A DNA stretch of 64,000 bases, taken from the NCBI GenBank assembly GCA_044229975.1, contig JBGARZ010000006.1, positions 448,001 to 512,000 on the forward strand. The letters run 5' to 3'. Positions within the stretch are counted from its first letter, which is position 1. Each line of letters begins with the position of its first letter. Source of the stretch: Polyangiales bacterium. GTDB lineage: Bacteria > Myxococcota_A > Polyangia > Polyangiales > Ga0077539. The position numbers and the translations under genes were made by a program. This document shows positions 1 to 9,307 of this stretch, in pieces. A model generated the notes under the pieces. The model made no database searches, was not told the origin of the DNA, and saw only the letters and a program-made list of their open reading frames with translations.

Positions 1-708
1 GACCTCATCCGCGGGCTCGTGGTCGACCCGACCGACGGCGCCGCCGTCACGCTGACCTTCGGCGGGCTCCTCACGGTGGGCACCGCCACCGCCACCGGCG
101 GCTCAGTGTGCGGGGCCGTCGTGCGCCTCGGCCCCGACCTCTCGTCGCGTTGGAACACCGTCATCCAGGGCGGCTCGAACCTCAACCCCAGCGACCTCGC
201 GCGCGACGCGTCGGGCAACTTCTACGTCTCGGGCGAGGTCTCCACGTCCCCCGTGCGGGTCGGCTCGTCGTCGTCCCTGACGACCGGGACCAACAGCGGC
301 AACGGCTTCGTGGTGAGCCTCAACGCGAGCGGCGCCTACCGCTGGGGCGTGGCCGTGAGCGGCAGCGCCAACGGCTCCTCGGACGACTACGTCGACGCGG
401 TGAGCGTGGCGCCCGACGGCACCGTCCTCGCGCTCGGGGTCGCGACCTCGGCGGCGGTGACCGTCGGCGGAGTCTCGGTGCCGCGCGCCACCGGTCGCGC
501 CCACTGGCTCGCGGCCATCAGCGCGTCGGGCACGGTGGGCGCCGTGCGTGCCGTGTACAGCGGACTGAACGTCTCCGACACGTGCCTCCTGGCCGGCAAC
601 GACGACGTGCTCATCGGCGGTCGCATGTCCGGCACCGGGACCTTCGAAGGCACCGACGTCACGCGCACCACCTCGTACGACGCGTTCGTCTCGCGCTCGC
701 CGCGCTGA
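1..708 (+). CDS. C-terminal part of a secreted/surface beta-propeller-like repeat protein (5' end outside the window)
   Basis: Frame is open from base 1 to TGA at 706-708 with GC3-rich codons. Repeated blade-like motifs (DLARDASGNFYVSG, GFVVSLNASGAYRW, AVSVAPDGTVLALG, DAFV) resemble SBBP-type propellers. Confidence 0.7.
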   Translation, partial: DLIRGLVVDPTDGAAVTLTFGGLLTVGTATATGGSVCGAVVRLGPDLSSRWNTVIQGGSNLNPSDLARDASGNFYVSGEVSTSPVRVGSSSSLTTGTNSGNGFVVSLNASGAYRWGVAVSGSANGSSDDYVDAVSVAPDGTVLALGVATSAAVTVGGVSVPRATGRAHWLAAISASGTVGAVRAVYSGLNVSDTCLLAGNDDVLIGGRMSGTGTFEGTDVTRTTSYDAFVSRSPR

Positions 709-720
709 CCGTCGACGGGA

Positions 721-2187
721 TTACGGGAGGAGGGTCGCGAGGACGGGGCGCGTCGCGGTCGTGCGGGTTCCGTCGCCGAGCTGGCCCACGTTGTTGAGGC
801 CCCAGCAGTACACGCGACGGCGCGACCCGGCGGGCCCCGTGAGGGCGCACCGGTGGGTGGAGAGCGAGCCCGTATCGGCGAAGACGGCGGAGGTCAGCGC
901 CGCGACGTCCGCGAGCCCGGTGATCGTGGTCGGTGTGATGGTGCCGGTCATGGCGCCGGTGCCGAGCTCGCCGTCGATCTGGGTGCCGAAGCACGAGACC
1001 TGGCCGTCGCCCAGGCGGGCGCACACCCCGTCGCTGCCGCCCGAGATTTCCACCACGCCGGACAGCCCCGGGATGGCGCCCGGCGTCGCGATCGGCCCCG
1101 CCCCCGCGCGGAGTCGGTTGTTGGTGTTGTCGCCCCAGCACCAGACGTCGCCCGTCCGCAGCAGCGCGCAGGTGAACCCGCGGCCGACGGCGACGGAGCT
1201 CGCGAGCGGTACCGTGGTGATGGCCGTGGGCGTCATGATCGGGCTCGCCGTGCTCGTGCCGTTCACCTGCCCCACGGTGTTGGCCCCCCAGCAGTAGACC
1301 GCGCCCGACGTGAGCACCGCGCACGTGTGCCCTCCCACCGACACGACCTCGACCCCCGCGGGGCCGGAGATCGGCGTGGGCGTGGGGTTGTTCGCGCTCA
1401 CCGTACCCTGTCCGAGCTGGCTCCCCGAGTTGGTGCCCCAGCACCAGAGCGTGGCGTCGCCGCGGATGGCGCAGCTGTAGCTGGAGCCGCTCATCACCCG
1501 GCGCGCGTCGTCGATCACCGTCACCTGGGTCGGCGGACGCACGGCGTCACCGGTGCCCGAGGCCGTCCCGGTCCCGATCTGGCCTGCCTGGTTGTTGCCC
1601 CAGCACCAGACGGCGCCGGCCGCGGTTCGCGCGCAGGCGAAGTTGCCCCCTACCGTGACCTGCACCATCGGCGGGATGCCGCGCACCTCCGTCAACCCGG
1701 ACGCTCCGGCGTCACCGGCACCCATACCGAGCACGCCCATCGCGTCGGCGCCGAGGCAGAAGACCCGCCCGTCCTCCTGGAGGACACAGGTGTTCGCCGC
1801 GCCGGCGGCGACGCCCACCACCGGCGAGAAGCACCCGCCATCGTCACAGTGCAGCCCGGTCTCCGGCGGAACGTCCACGACCCCGCTGTCGGTTCCCACG
1901 TCGAAGCCTGCGTCGAAGCCTGCGTCGGTGCCCGCGTCGAAGCCCGCGTCGAAGCCCGCGTCGAAGCCCGCGTCACGACTCGCATCGGTGCCCCCGTCAC
2001 GACCCACGTCGATGGCCACATCCGACGGGACGTCGTTGCCCGCGTCGGTGAGCGCCGTGGGGACGTCGGTCGTGGCCGCGTCACCCTCGGTGTTGGTGTT
2101 CGTGTTCGAGCACCCGGCGTAACCGAACATTCCCCCCGTGAGGATCCCTGCCATCAACCACCGGCGTCCCAGCCCCTCGATTCGCAT
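721..2187 (-). CDS. RCC1/BLIP-II repeat lipoprotein with DAGF-repeat tether
   Basis: Signal peptide ending in lipobox YAG-C, an acidic linker with DAGF repeats, then about seven repeats of type HTCAV..G.VYCWG.N..GQ.G. Start placed at ATG 2187 (MRIEG). Confidence 0.9.
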   Translation of the reverse strand: MRIEGLGRRWLMAGILTGGMFGYAGCSNTNTNTEGDAATTDVPTALTDAGNDVPSDVAIDVGRDGGTDASRDAGFDAGFDAGFDAGTDAGFDAGFDVGTDSGVVDVPPETGLHCDDGGCFSPVVGVAAGAANTCVLQEDGRVFCLGADAMGVLGMGAGDAGASGLTEVRGIPPMVQVTVGGNFACARTAAGAVWCWGNNQAGQIGTGTASGTGDAVRPPTQVTVIDDARRVMSGSSYSCAIRGDATLWCWGTNSGSQLGQGTVSANNPTPTPISGPAGVEVVSVGGHTCAVLTSGAVYCWGANTVGQVNGTSTASPIMTPTAITTVPLASSVAVGRGFTCALLRTGDVWCWGDNTNNRLRAGAGPIATPGAIPGLSGVVEISGGSDGVCARLGDGQVSCFGTQIDGELGTGAMTGTITPTTITGLADVAALTSAVFADTGSLSTHRCALTGPAGSRRRVYCWGLNNVGQLGDGTRTTATRPVLATLLP

Positions 2188-2231
2188 GACGCCAACGGTC
2201 ACGGACGGAACCCCCACCTGTCAACGGTGCT

Positions 2232-3566
2232 TCAGCCCTCGTCGCCGACCGCCCCGCCGCGCTCCACGCGCGCCTCGTCGCGCTCGCGCCGCGACGGGTT
2301 CACCCGCACCAGCCCGTGGTCGCCGTCCACCAGGGCCACGTCGCCGTCGCTCGCCCAGTTGTAGATGCCCGCGGCCTCGCCCACCGCCGGAACCCCCAGC
2401 AGCTCGATGATGGTGCGCACCCGCCCCGGAACCACCGGCCCCGACAGCACGAGCCCCACCGGCTGCACCCGCGCCGACAGCAGCAGCTCGAAGACCGTCA
2501 CCGTCTCGCCGACCCAGACTGTTCCCTTCGGCGCGCCTGATCCGGTCTCGGGGTAGAGGCTCAAGCGCAGCGCGTCGCAGAGCTCGGACATCTCCATCGC
2601 GCGCTCGGTGATCATCGGCACGTCGGTGATGCGCGCCGCCCGCGTGGCCTCGCGCGCGACCTGCGCCAGCGCCTGCCCGAGCCCCTTGCCCTTCGCGAGT
2701 TCGAGCGTTCGTTCGCGCAATCTCCCATCGTCGAGGATCGACCGCGACAGCACCAGGAAGCCCGCGTCGAGCCCCTTCCGCGCCGCCGCCCGCGCGTGCG
2801 AGTCGAGCGTCGCGTCGCACGACTGGATGGCCCGCTCCAGCGCCTTCGCCTGGTCCTTCGCGGTGGCCTTCGCCTCGCCCGCGGCGGCCTTCGTCGACGG
2901 TCGCTGCACCGCCGAGAGCATCCCGAGCGCGCGACCCGCCACCACCGAGCGCCCCGGGACGGTCACCCGACGCGTTCCCGCGGTGCGTGCGCCCGCCGCG
3001 GGTGGTTGCTCGTTGCCGACGATGCGCGCGCGCTCCAGCAGCGGGGCGACCGCGCCGGCGAGAGCCATGAGCAGCTCGACGTCCTGGGAGGAGTACGCGT
3101 CCTGGCGGCGCTGCACGACGAGGGCGCCGGCCGAGCCGTTGGGCCCCGGGACGGGCACCGCGAGGAAGGCCGGGAAGCGCTCTTCGCCGAGCATCGAGAA
3201 GGGCCGGAAGCGCGCGTGGTCGGCGGCGATGTCGGCGGACACGGGGCGCAGGCACTCGACGGCCATGCCGACGAGCCCTTCGCCGACGTTGAGGCGCACC
3301 TCGCCGAGGGCGCTGGTGGTGAAGCCGACGTTGCCGCGCATGACGAGCCCGTCGCCCTCGCGGAGGTACAGCGAGCACACGTCGCTGCGAAACACCGCCG
3401 CCACCCGCCGCGGGACCTCGTCGAGCAGATCGGTGAGGGGACGGGGTCGCGCGAGGGCGAGGGTGAGGTCGACGACGGCGTCGAGGCGCTCGATGCCGCG
3501 CGCGTGGATGATGGGCGTGACGCCCGCGGAGGGAGGAATGGACTCGGGCGGCAGGTCGCTGGCCAT
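2232..3566 (-). CDS. GAF domain + PTS enzyme I N-terminal/mobile domain protein (PtsP-like, truncated, apparently non-catalytic)
   Basis: GAF (DVCSLYL, GEGLVG, FLAVPV, GALVVQ), then VPGRSVVAGRALG, ILDD, ERAMEM, LGVPAVG and DGDVALVDGDHGLVRVNP as in enzyme I. No C-terminal PEP-binding barrel. Confidence 0.8.
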   Translation of the reverse strand: MASDLPPESIPPSAGVTPIIHARGIERLDAVVDLTLALARPRPLTDLLDEVPRRVAAVFRSDVCSLYLREGDGLVMRGNVGFTTSALGEVRLNVGEGLVGMAVECLRPVSADIAADHARFRPFSMLGEERFPAFLAVPVPGPNGSAGALVVQRRQDAYSSQDVELLMALAGAVAPLLERARIVGNEQPPAAGARTAGTRRVTVPGRSVVAGRALGMLSAVQRPSTKAAAGEAKATAKDQAKALERAIQSCDATLDSHARAAARKGLDAGFLVLSRSILDDGRLRERTLELAKGKGLGQALAQVAREATRAARITDVPMITERAMEMSELCDALRLSLYPETGSGAPKGTVWVGETVTVFELLLSARVQPVGLVLSGPVVPGRVRTIIELLGVPAVGEAAGIYNWASDGDVALVDGDHGLVRVNPSRRERDEARVERGGAVGDEG

Positions 3567-3632
3567 GGGCGACGCGCAGCCAATCACAGGCTGCGGTGAC
3601 GGGGCAATGACGACGGTGGGGGAGGGGGCGGG

Positions 3633-6600
3633 TCAGGTGCCGGTGGGTCGACGCCTCGCTGCCTCTTCAGAGGCGTGCCAGGCGCGGCGCTGCTCCAGAG
3701 ACCCAGCTTCCTTCAGTGCCCACGCGCGCACGGCGGGAGTGCCCTGTGCCGCCCAGGAGCGGGCACGATCGCGTCGCTCTTCATAAAACCGAGCGAGGCT
3801 CGTGATGCCCCGCGGGGTGCTGTGGAGGGAGGCGGCGAGCGTGCGAGCTGGTGACGAGGTGGGACCGAAGCGCTCGATGAGACCCGCGGCGAGCGGTGGG
3901 AAATGGTCGTCGTCGAGCGACAACAGTCCGGCCGCTCTCTGTGCGCGAGAGACGTCTCGATCGACCCAGGTGAGGGCGTCGCGCGCTGGCAGGAGCGCAC
4001 CGACTTCAGAGCGGGCGAGGCGGGTCAGCGCCCACTCCATCTGTGCATCGTCACGCTCCAGACAGACGCGGAGCGCGTTCCAGAAGACTCCCGGCGAACT
4101 GGCCGCCAGCTCGATCGCGAGGCGGACAAGAGTGCCTCCCTGCACGTGCTCTGCGGAAAGGCCACCGATCAGAACGCCGCACACCTCCGCCACGCGACCG
4201 CGAGCAACGAGCCAGCGGAGGCACTGCTCGAAGGGCCACTCGTAAGGCGGCGCGAGCACCGTCGACACCCGCTCCGTCACCTCAAGAACCAAGGGTTCCA
4301 ACGTGATCGGGTCACGCTCGTGGAGGTGGTGTTGGAGCTGGCGCAACGCGACGCTCGCGCCCGTCGAGGGGAAGCGGTCCAACAAGAGCACGAGCAGCTT
4401 CTGGAGCGTGGCGTCGGAGACGTCGCGCCATCGTGGTGTCGCGAAAGATCGAAGCGTGCCCGGCGACACCTCGTGCTCCTGCAAGGTCTCGAAGGCGACA
4501 CGCAGGAGGGGCTCCGTGCCTTCGCAGCGCGCGACCGTCAGGAGGATCGCCGAGGCAAGGCGGGGGTCATCCTTCCACTCCGTGAGCCAGCCGAGGACGA
4601 GCGCCGATCGCCCGGCTTCGTGATGGCCGAAGCAGTACGCGGCGAGCACGTTCGCGCTAGTCCCGGCGCGGGCGCGCTGCACAAGCGGAGTGAGGAGGAG
4701 GCGGTCTGCGTCGACGTGTCCCATCGTGATCGCGAACGCGACCGCTCTCTCGGCGCCATCTTCTTCCAGTACGTCGAGGTGTCGCAGGAGGGGGCGTTCC
4801 GGTGGGACAAGCCCCTCGCGCACAAGAGCCTCATCGTCACGACCGACGCTCTCACCTTCATTCAGGTCGCCGAACGGGGCGCGGACGAGTCGATCCCTGA
4901 GGCGTTGCGCGTAGTCGCCAGGGCGGGTCAGCTCGTCCAGTCGCGCCAGGATCAGAGCGGAACGAGTCGACGTGTTGCGGCGCATCGCGAGTTCGACGTC
5001 GCGTCGTAGCTCGGAGCGCAACGGCTCCGAGAGACTCGTCGTTACCCGTTCGAGCGCAGGCTCATCGAGCACCGGGGCGAGCGACGCTCCCTCCGTCACG
5101 ATCACCGAGAAGAGGGCGCGCTGCGCTGTCTCCATGACCAGCGCGTCCGGGTCTGGTACGCACCGAAGAAGCAGAGAACAGAACGCCTCGCGCTCGGGCT
5201 GCCGCTCGTCGGGGCCACGACGTCGCAGCGGCTTCTCGCCGAAGTTGGTGACCGCCACACCCTTTCCCTGGAGCAGGTCTTGAAGCCCTCGGATGGCGGA
5301 CACGCGGGCGCGCGAAGTGCCATGCACACAACGTCTTTCGAGCGCCGGTAGGCGACGATCGAAGGGCAAGGTCGTGACGTCGAACTCGGGCGCAAAGAGG
5401 AGCATCCAGCCCGCCGACGCGTTGTTCGCATAGGTTTCATTCTCCTCCAGCCGTAGTGCGAAGAGGGCCATCTCGACTGCATCGAAGGCCGCGCCTTGGC
5501 GGGCGATGACGTCGAGGGAATTCATCAGCAGCCGACGGAGATTGATCCTCGCTCGGAGCGTCTCTTGGGGTGTGTTGGCGATGAGCGCGCCGAGCCAGCT
5601 CCCGGTCTCTTCCGCGAACTCGTGGGCGCAGAGGCGCAACATCGCGGACCGATCCCGTCGGGCGAGTTCATCGAGCGTCGTGACCTCCGCGCGGAGGGAG
5701 TCGAGCGTCACCCGCGCGAGGTCGCCGAGCTCGTCGGGCGTCAGATCGACGCGGCGCAAGCGATCGACGAGCGCTGCCGCTCGCGTTGGGACGTGCTCGC
5801 GAATGCGATCGAGCAGCCTTCGGTTGCCACGGCCGGGATCCTTCGGGTCTGTGTCGTCCCGCAGGATCCGCCACACCTCGCGCTCCAGGACCGCAGGCGT
5901 GACGTAGAGATGCTCCTCTCGACGGAGCACTCCTCGCGCCAGACAGCGATCGATCATCTGGTTGAGCTCGTGATGGCTGCTGAGGTCCACCGCGCGGGAG
6001 AGTGCCTCGCGCTCCTCGTCCTTCACGCCGCTCCAGACGACGTCGCGGGCGAGCATGGCCGCGAGGAGCGCGCGAGCCCGCTGGATGACCTCCTCACGCC
6101 CGTTGCGATGCGGCGAGATGGCGAGCCTCGCCGCTCCGGTGGTGGTTGCCGGCACCGCCGAGCCCTCGGCGACTTCCTGTGCCACCAGGATGCCGAACCA
6201 GGGGTATCCCCCAGTGACCCGGAAGACGCCAGACGCGCGGTCGTCGTCAGGCTCGGCACCAAGCGCGGTTGCGATGAGGGCCCGTGCCTGTTGCTCGCTC
6301 AACGGTCCAAGCGGCGACACCAGAACGCGCCCCAAGGTCTCGGGCTCGTACGTTCCTGCCGGAACGATCACGATCAATCGTGGGGAGGATGTCGCCCCGG
6401 TCGCTTCATCAGCACCCGTCGCACGCCGGAACGCTCGGACGAGCGGGTCGGCCGCTTCTGGCATCGCGTCATCGACGATCAGGATGCCGCTCGGCGCGGA
6501 TCGGAGGACTCCTCCATGTTCGATGAGATGTTGGGCCGTGGCGTCGCCCACAACGTAGAGCACGCGCTCCGCGACGCCTCGCAGCGACTCCAGCACGCAG

Positions 6601-7469
6601 CGCGTCTTCCCCACGCCCGGCGCGCCGACGACGCATAGCACCCCCTCCTCACTCGCTGCCCCCAACGCGAGCGCGCGGATCTGACCTGCCAATCGCGTCC
6701 GGAACTCGTCCGGTTGATACGTCGGCAGGGTTCTGTGGGTTCTGAGTTCTGCGAGGGCGCCTTGGTAGTCCTGCACGGCAGGCCAGTCATCGACGCCCAG
6801 CTTCTTCAGCAGATCGTCCCCCAGCAGGGGTTTTCGGAGCTTCACGTACTCGACGAGGTCGTTGCCGTCGACCACGGCGATCTGCTCCTTGAGGACGTCC
6901 ACCGTCCGCGCCGTCCGTGGCGCGTAGGCGTCGGCGAGTTCTTCGACCAGAGATGCCTTGCCAGAGGTCGACTGGGGCGGTTGCTTCGTGGTCGGCTTCT
7001 TCGACCTGGCCGTCGTCCCCTGCTTCGCCGTCTTGGGCACTCGCGCCGTAAACACCTGCGTCGTCAGCAGCACGAGGCGCCCACCCTGTCGCAACACGTC
7101 GGCGACACGCTCGCCCCCATCCCGACCCCTCGCGTCCTTCAGCGCGTCGGCTCGGACCGACGCGGGCGACCTGCCCGTCTTGCAGCTCACCGCGACCAAC
7201 GAGGCGTCGCCCAGCAGTGAGAAGGTCTGACCGCGACGCGCCCGATAGGTGGCGTCGTCGATTGGCATCGAGGTGATCGCGACCTCGATCTCGCGGCCAC
7301 CATCGGGCACGCCCGGTGGCGCCGGGCCGTCCAACCCGGCCGTGCTGAAGGTCGCCTGCCGTTCGGTCGCTTCGACCCGCACCAGCGCTCGTGCCAGATC
7401 GTCGAGAGCGTTCTCGCGGAAGCCATCGCGCAGGCTTTCGAGCGTCACGGCGTCCCAGCCAAGCCTCAT
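3633..7469 (-). CDS. Large P-loop NTPase (STAND-like) with N-terminal nuclease-like domain and long helical C-terminus
   Basis: 1278-aa ORF. Walker A GAPGVGKT, Walker B GILIVDDA, GGYP motif after the NTPase core, N-terminal PDGGRE...SCK. Confidence 0.8.
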   Translation of the reverse strand: MRLGWDAVTLESLRDGFRENALDDLARALVRVEATERQATFSTAGLDGPAPPGVPDGGREIEVAITSMPIDDATYRARRGQTFSLLGDASLVAVSCKTGRSPASVRADALKDARGRDGGERVADVLRQGGRLVLLTTQVFTARVPKTAKQGTTARSKKPTTKQPPQSTSGKASLVEELADAYAPRTARTVDVLKEQIAVVDGNDLVEYVKLRKPLLGDDLLKKLGVDDWPAVQDYQGALAELRTHRTLPTYQPDEFRTRLAGQIRALALGAASEEGVLCVVGAPGVGKTRCVLESLRGVAERVLYVVGDATAQHLIEHGGVLRSAPSGILIVDDAMPEAADPLVRAFRRATGADEATGATSSPRLIVIVPAGTYEPETLGRVLVSPLGPLSEQQARALIATALGAEPDDDRASGVFRVTGGYPWFGILVAQEVAEGSAVPATTTGAARLAISPHRNGREEVIQRARALLAAMLARDVVWSGVKDEEREALSRAVDLSSHHELNQMIDRCLARGVLRREEHLYVTPAVLEREVWRILRDDTDPKDPGRGNRRLLDRIREHVPTRAAALVDRLRRVDLTPDELGDLARVTLDSLRAEVTTLDELARRDRSAMLRLCAHEFAEETGSWLGALIANTPQETLRARINLRRLLMNSLDVIARQGAAFDAVEMALFALRLEENETYANNASAGWMLLFAPEFDVTTLPFDRRLPALERRCVHGTSRARVSAIRGLQDLLQGKGVAVTNFGEKPLRRRGPDERQPEREAFCSLLLRCVPDPDALVMETAQRALFSVIVTEGASLAPVLDEPALERVTTSLSEPLRSELRRDVELAMRRNTSTRSALILARLDELTRPGDYAQRLRDRLVRAPFGDLNEGESVGRDDEALVREGLVPPERPLLRHLDVLEEDGAERAVAFAITMGHVDADRLLLTPLVQRARAGTSANVLAAYCFGHHEAGRSALVLGWLTEWKDDPRLASAILLTVARCEGTEPLLRVAFETLQEHEVSPGTLRSFATPRWRDVSDATLQKLLVLLLDRFPSTGASVALRQLQHHLHERDPITLEPLVLEVTERVSTVLAPPYEWPFEQCLRWLVARGRVAEVCGVLIGGLSAEHVQGGTLVRLAIELAASSPGVFWNALRVCLERDDAQMEWALTRLARSEVGALLPARDALTWVDRDVSRAQRAAGLLSLDDDHFPPLAAGLIERFGPTSSPARTLAASLHSTPRGITSLARFYEERRDRARSWAAQGTPAVRAWALKEAGSLEQRRAWHASEEAARRRPTGT

Positions 7470-7719
7470 CGTCGCGACGATATCACCGCGCCTCGTCGGC
7501 CGCTTCGCACACCGCGGTGGGAGAGTCGTTCCCCACGATGCGGGCGAGGTCGCGCGGGTCGGACACCACGGTGCCGTTCGCCAGCACGAGCTGATCCCAC
7601 CGCGTCGAGACGAGGCCCGGCAGCCCGAACCCGCCGCTGGAGAAGGTCATCACGCCCGAGCGCGCACGACGACTTCGTCGCGACCGACGGCGGCGTCGAG
7701 GTCGTCGACGAACGGTGGT

Positions 7720-9066
7720 CTACCCCTGGCAGATGTCGAAGTTGCACTCGCCGTCGCAGCAGTCCGTCCGCGTCCGGCATGGCTGATAGCGCCGCTGGCA
7801 CGCGCGCTGTCGGCAGATGCCGGAGCCGCACTCGCCGCTGCAGCAGTCGGAGTCGGAGCCGCATCCTTCTCCGGGGTCGCCGCAGACGGTCTCGCAGCGA
7901 TTCGCGGTGCACCGCCCGTTGCAGCAGTCGCTGTTGTACACGCAGCGCTGATTGGGCGCGCGGCACACCACCTGGCAGACGCCGGTGTCGCTGCACTCGG
8001 TTCCCTCGCAGCACCAGTTGTCGCTGAAGCACCGCGACTGGCCGGGGCCGTAGCAGCCGTCGGACGCGCGGCACGTGCCCGCCGTGCAGTTGCCCGAGCA
8101 GCAGTTGGAGCGGGTGAGGCAGTCGCCGCCGTTGGCCACGCACGCGGCGGGCGTCCGGCAGGTGCCGCTGGTGCAGACGAGTCCGTCGCAGCAGCCCGAC
8201 CCGCACGGCGTCCCGACGGGCGAGCACGTCGGAGGCGCCTGGCAGGTGCCGCTGGTGCAGACGAGTCCATCGCAGCAACCCGTTCCGCAGGGCGAGCCGG
8301 CGGACGAGCAGGTGGTCGCGGCGCGACAGGTTCCTGCGACGCAGGTGGTGCCCGCGCAGCACTCGCCGCTGTACACGCATGCGCGACCCTCGGTGCGGCA
8401 GACGCAGACCCCGGACGAGCAGAGCATGTAGCCGCAGCAGTCGAGCGCGCCGGTGCATGCCTGGCCCCCCGCGCGGCAACAATGGAGCGTCGTGGGCGTC
8501 GTCTGGCACTCCGAGCCGGCGCAGCACTGGTCGGTGCTGGTGCAGCTCGCGCGCAGCGCAAGGCACACCGGGGTCACCGGCCTGTCCTCGGGCGCAGGAA
8601 CATCCGGCGCAGGGGCATCGGACACGAAGCCGCGATCCATCGCGACCGGGACATCCATCGTGACCGGGACGTCCATCGCGACGGGGACGTCCATCGCGAC
8701 GGGGACATCGACCACGGGGACATCGACCACGGCGGGTGTGTCGCGCGCGGCGACGACGTCCACCATGACGGAAACGTCGGGGGCCGCGGGCGCGTCGGTT
8801 GCGAGCATGACGTCGTTGATCGCGGGCCGATCGGGCGCGACGTCAGCGGAGGTGCCAGCGTCGACGGCGGGGGTGTCTCCAGTGGCGCCGGTGTCCGTGG
8901 GGGAGGCGTCCTGCGGCATCACGTCGGCGCTGACGATGCCTTCGCTGGGGGGCGCGCTGTCCGCGACGGTCGACCCATCGGACGGGAGGTAGAGGCCCGA
9001 CGCGGAGGGCGAGCAGGCGACGAGCAGGAGGGCGAGGCACAGCGGGCGCGAGTAGTTCCTCAACAT
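7720..9066 (-). CDS. Cys-rich repeat lipoprotein with DVP tether
   Basis: MLRNYSRPLCLALLLVA-C lipobox, DVPVAM repeats, then about eight C-x5/6-C-x5-CC-x3/4-C-x4-C knottin-like units. Confidence 0.85.
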   Translation of the reverse strand: MLRNYSRPLCLALLLVACSPSASGLYLPSDGSTVADSAPPSEGIVSADVMPQDASPTDTGATGDTPAVDAGTSADVAPDRPAINDVMLATDAPAAPDVSVMVDVVAARDTPAVVDVPVVDVPVAMDVPVAMDVPVTMDVPVAMDRGFVSDAPAPDVPAPEDRPVTPVCLALRASCTSTDQCCAGSECQTTPTTLHCCRAGGQACTGALDCCGYMLCSSGVCVCRTEGRACVYSGECCAGTTCVAGTCRAATTCSSAGSPCGTGCCDGLVCTSGTCQAPPTCSPVGTPCGSGCCDGLVCTSGTCRTPAACVANGGDCLTRSNCCSGNCTAGTCRASDGCYGPGQSRCFSDNWCCEGTECSDTGVCQVVCRAPNQRCVYNSDCCNGRCTANRCETVCGDPGEGCGSDSDCCSGECGSGICRQRACQRRYQPCRTRTDCCDGECNFDICQG

Positions 9067-9307
9067 GGGACGGCGGGTATCACGCGGGGTGGGACGGTCC
9101 AACGAGCTGCCGACGCCGGGGGGCGGGCGAAGACCGCAGAAACGACGGGAAATCAACGGGTCGATGACGCACCTGTGCGAACAGCGTTCGCAGGGTTGCA
9201 ACGTCAGGCGGGGTGTTGCGCCGTCGGGCATCCCACGCGCCGACGCGAACGCGATGAGGGCGCCGCCCGAGCCGTGGGAGACTGCGTCGCCTCCAACGCT
9301 CACCGTC

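Noticed and set aside
7483..7650. 55-aa minus-strand ORF (MTFSSGGFGLPG...) just upstream of the large NTPase, as a possible partner gene or remnant
   Set aside because: Protein-like but short, with no clear RBS or recognisable motif. It cannot be supported without a homology search.
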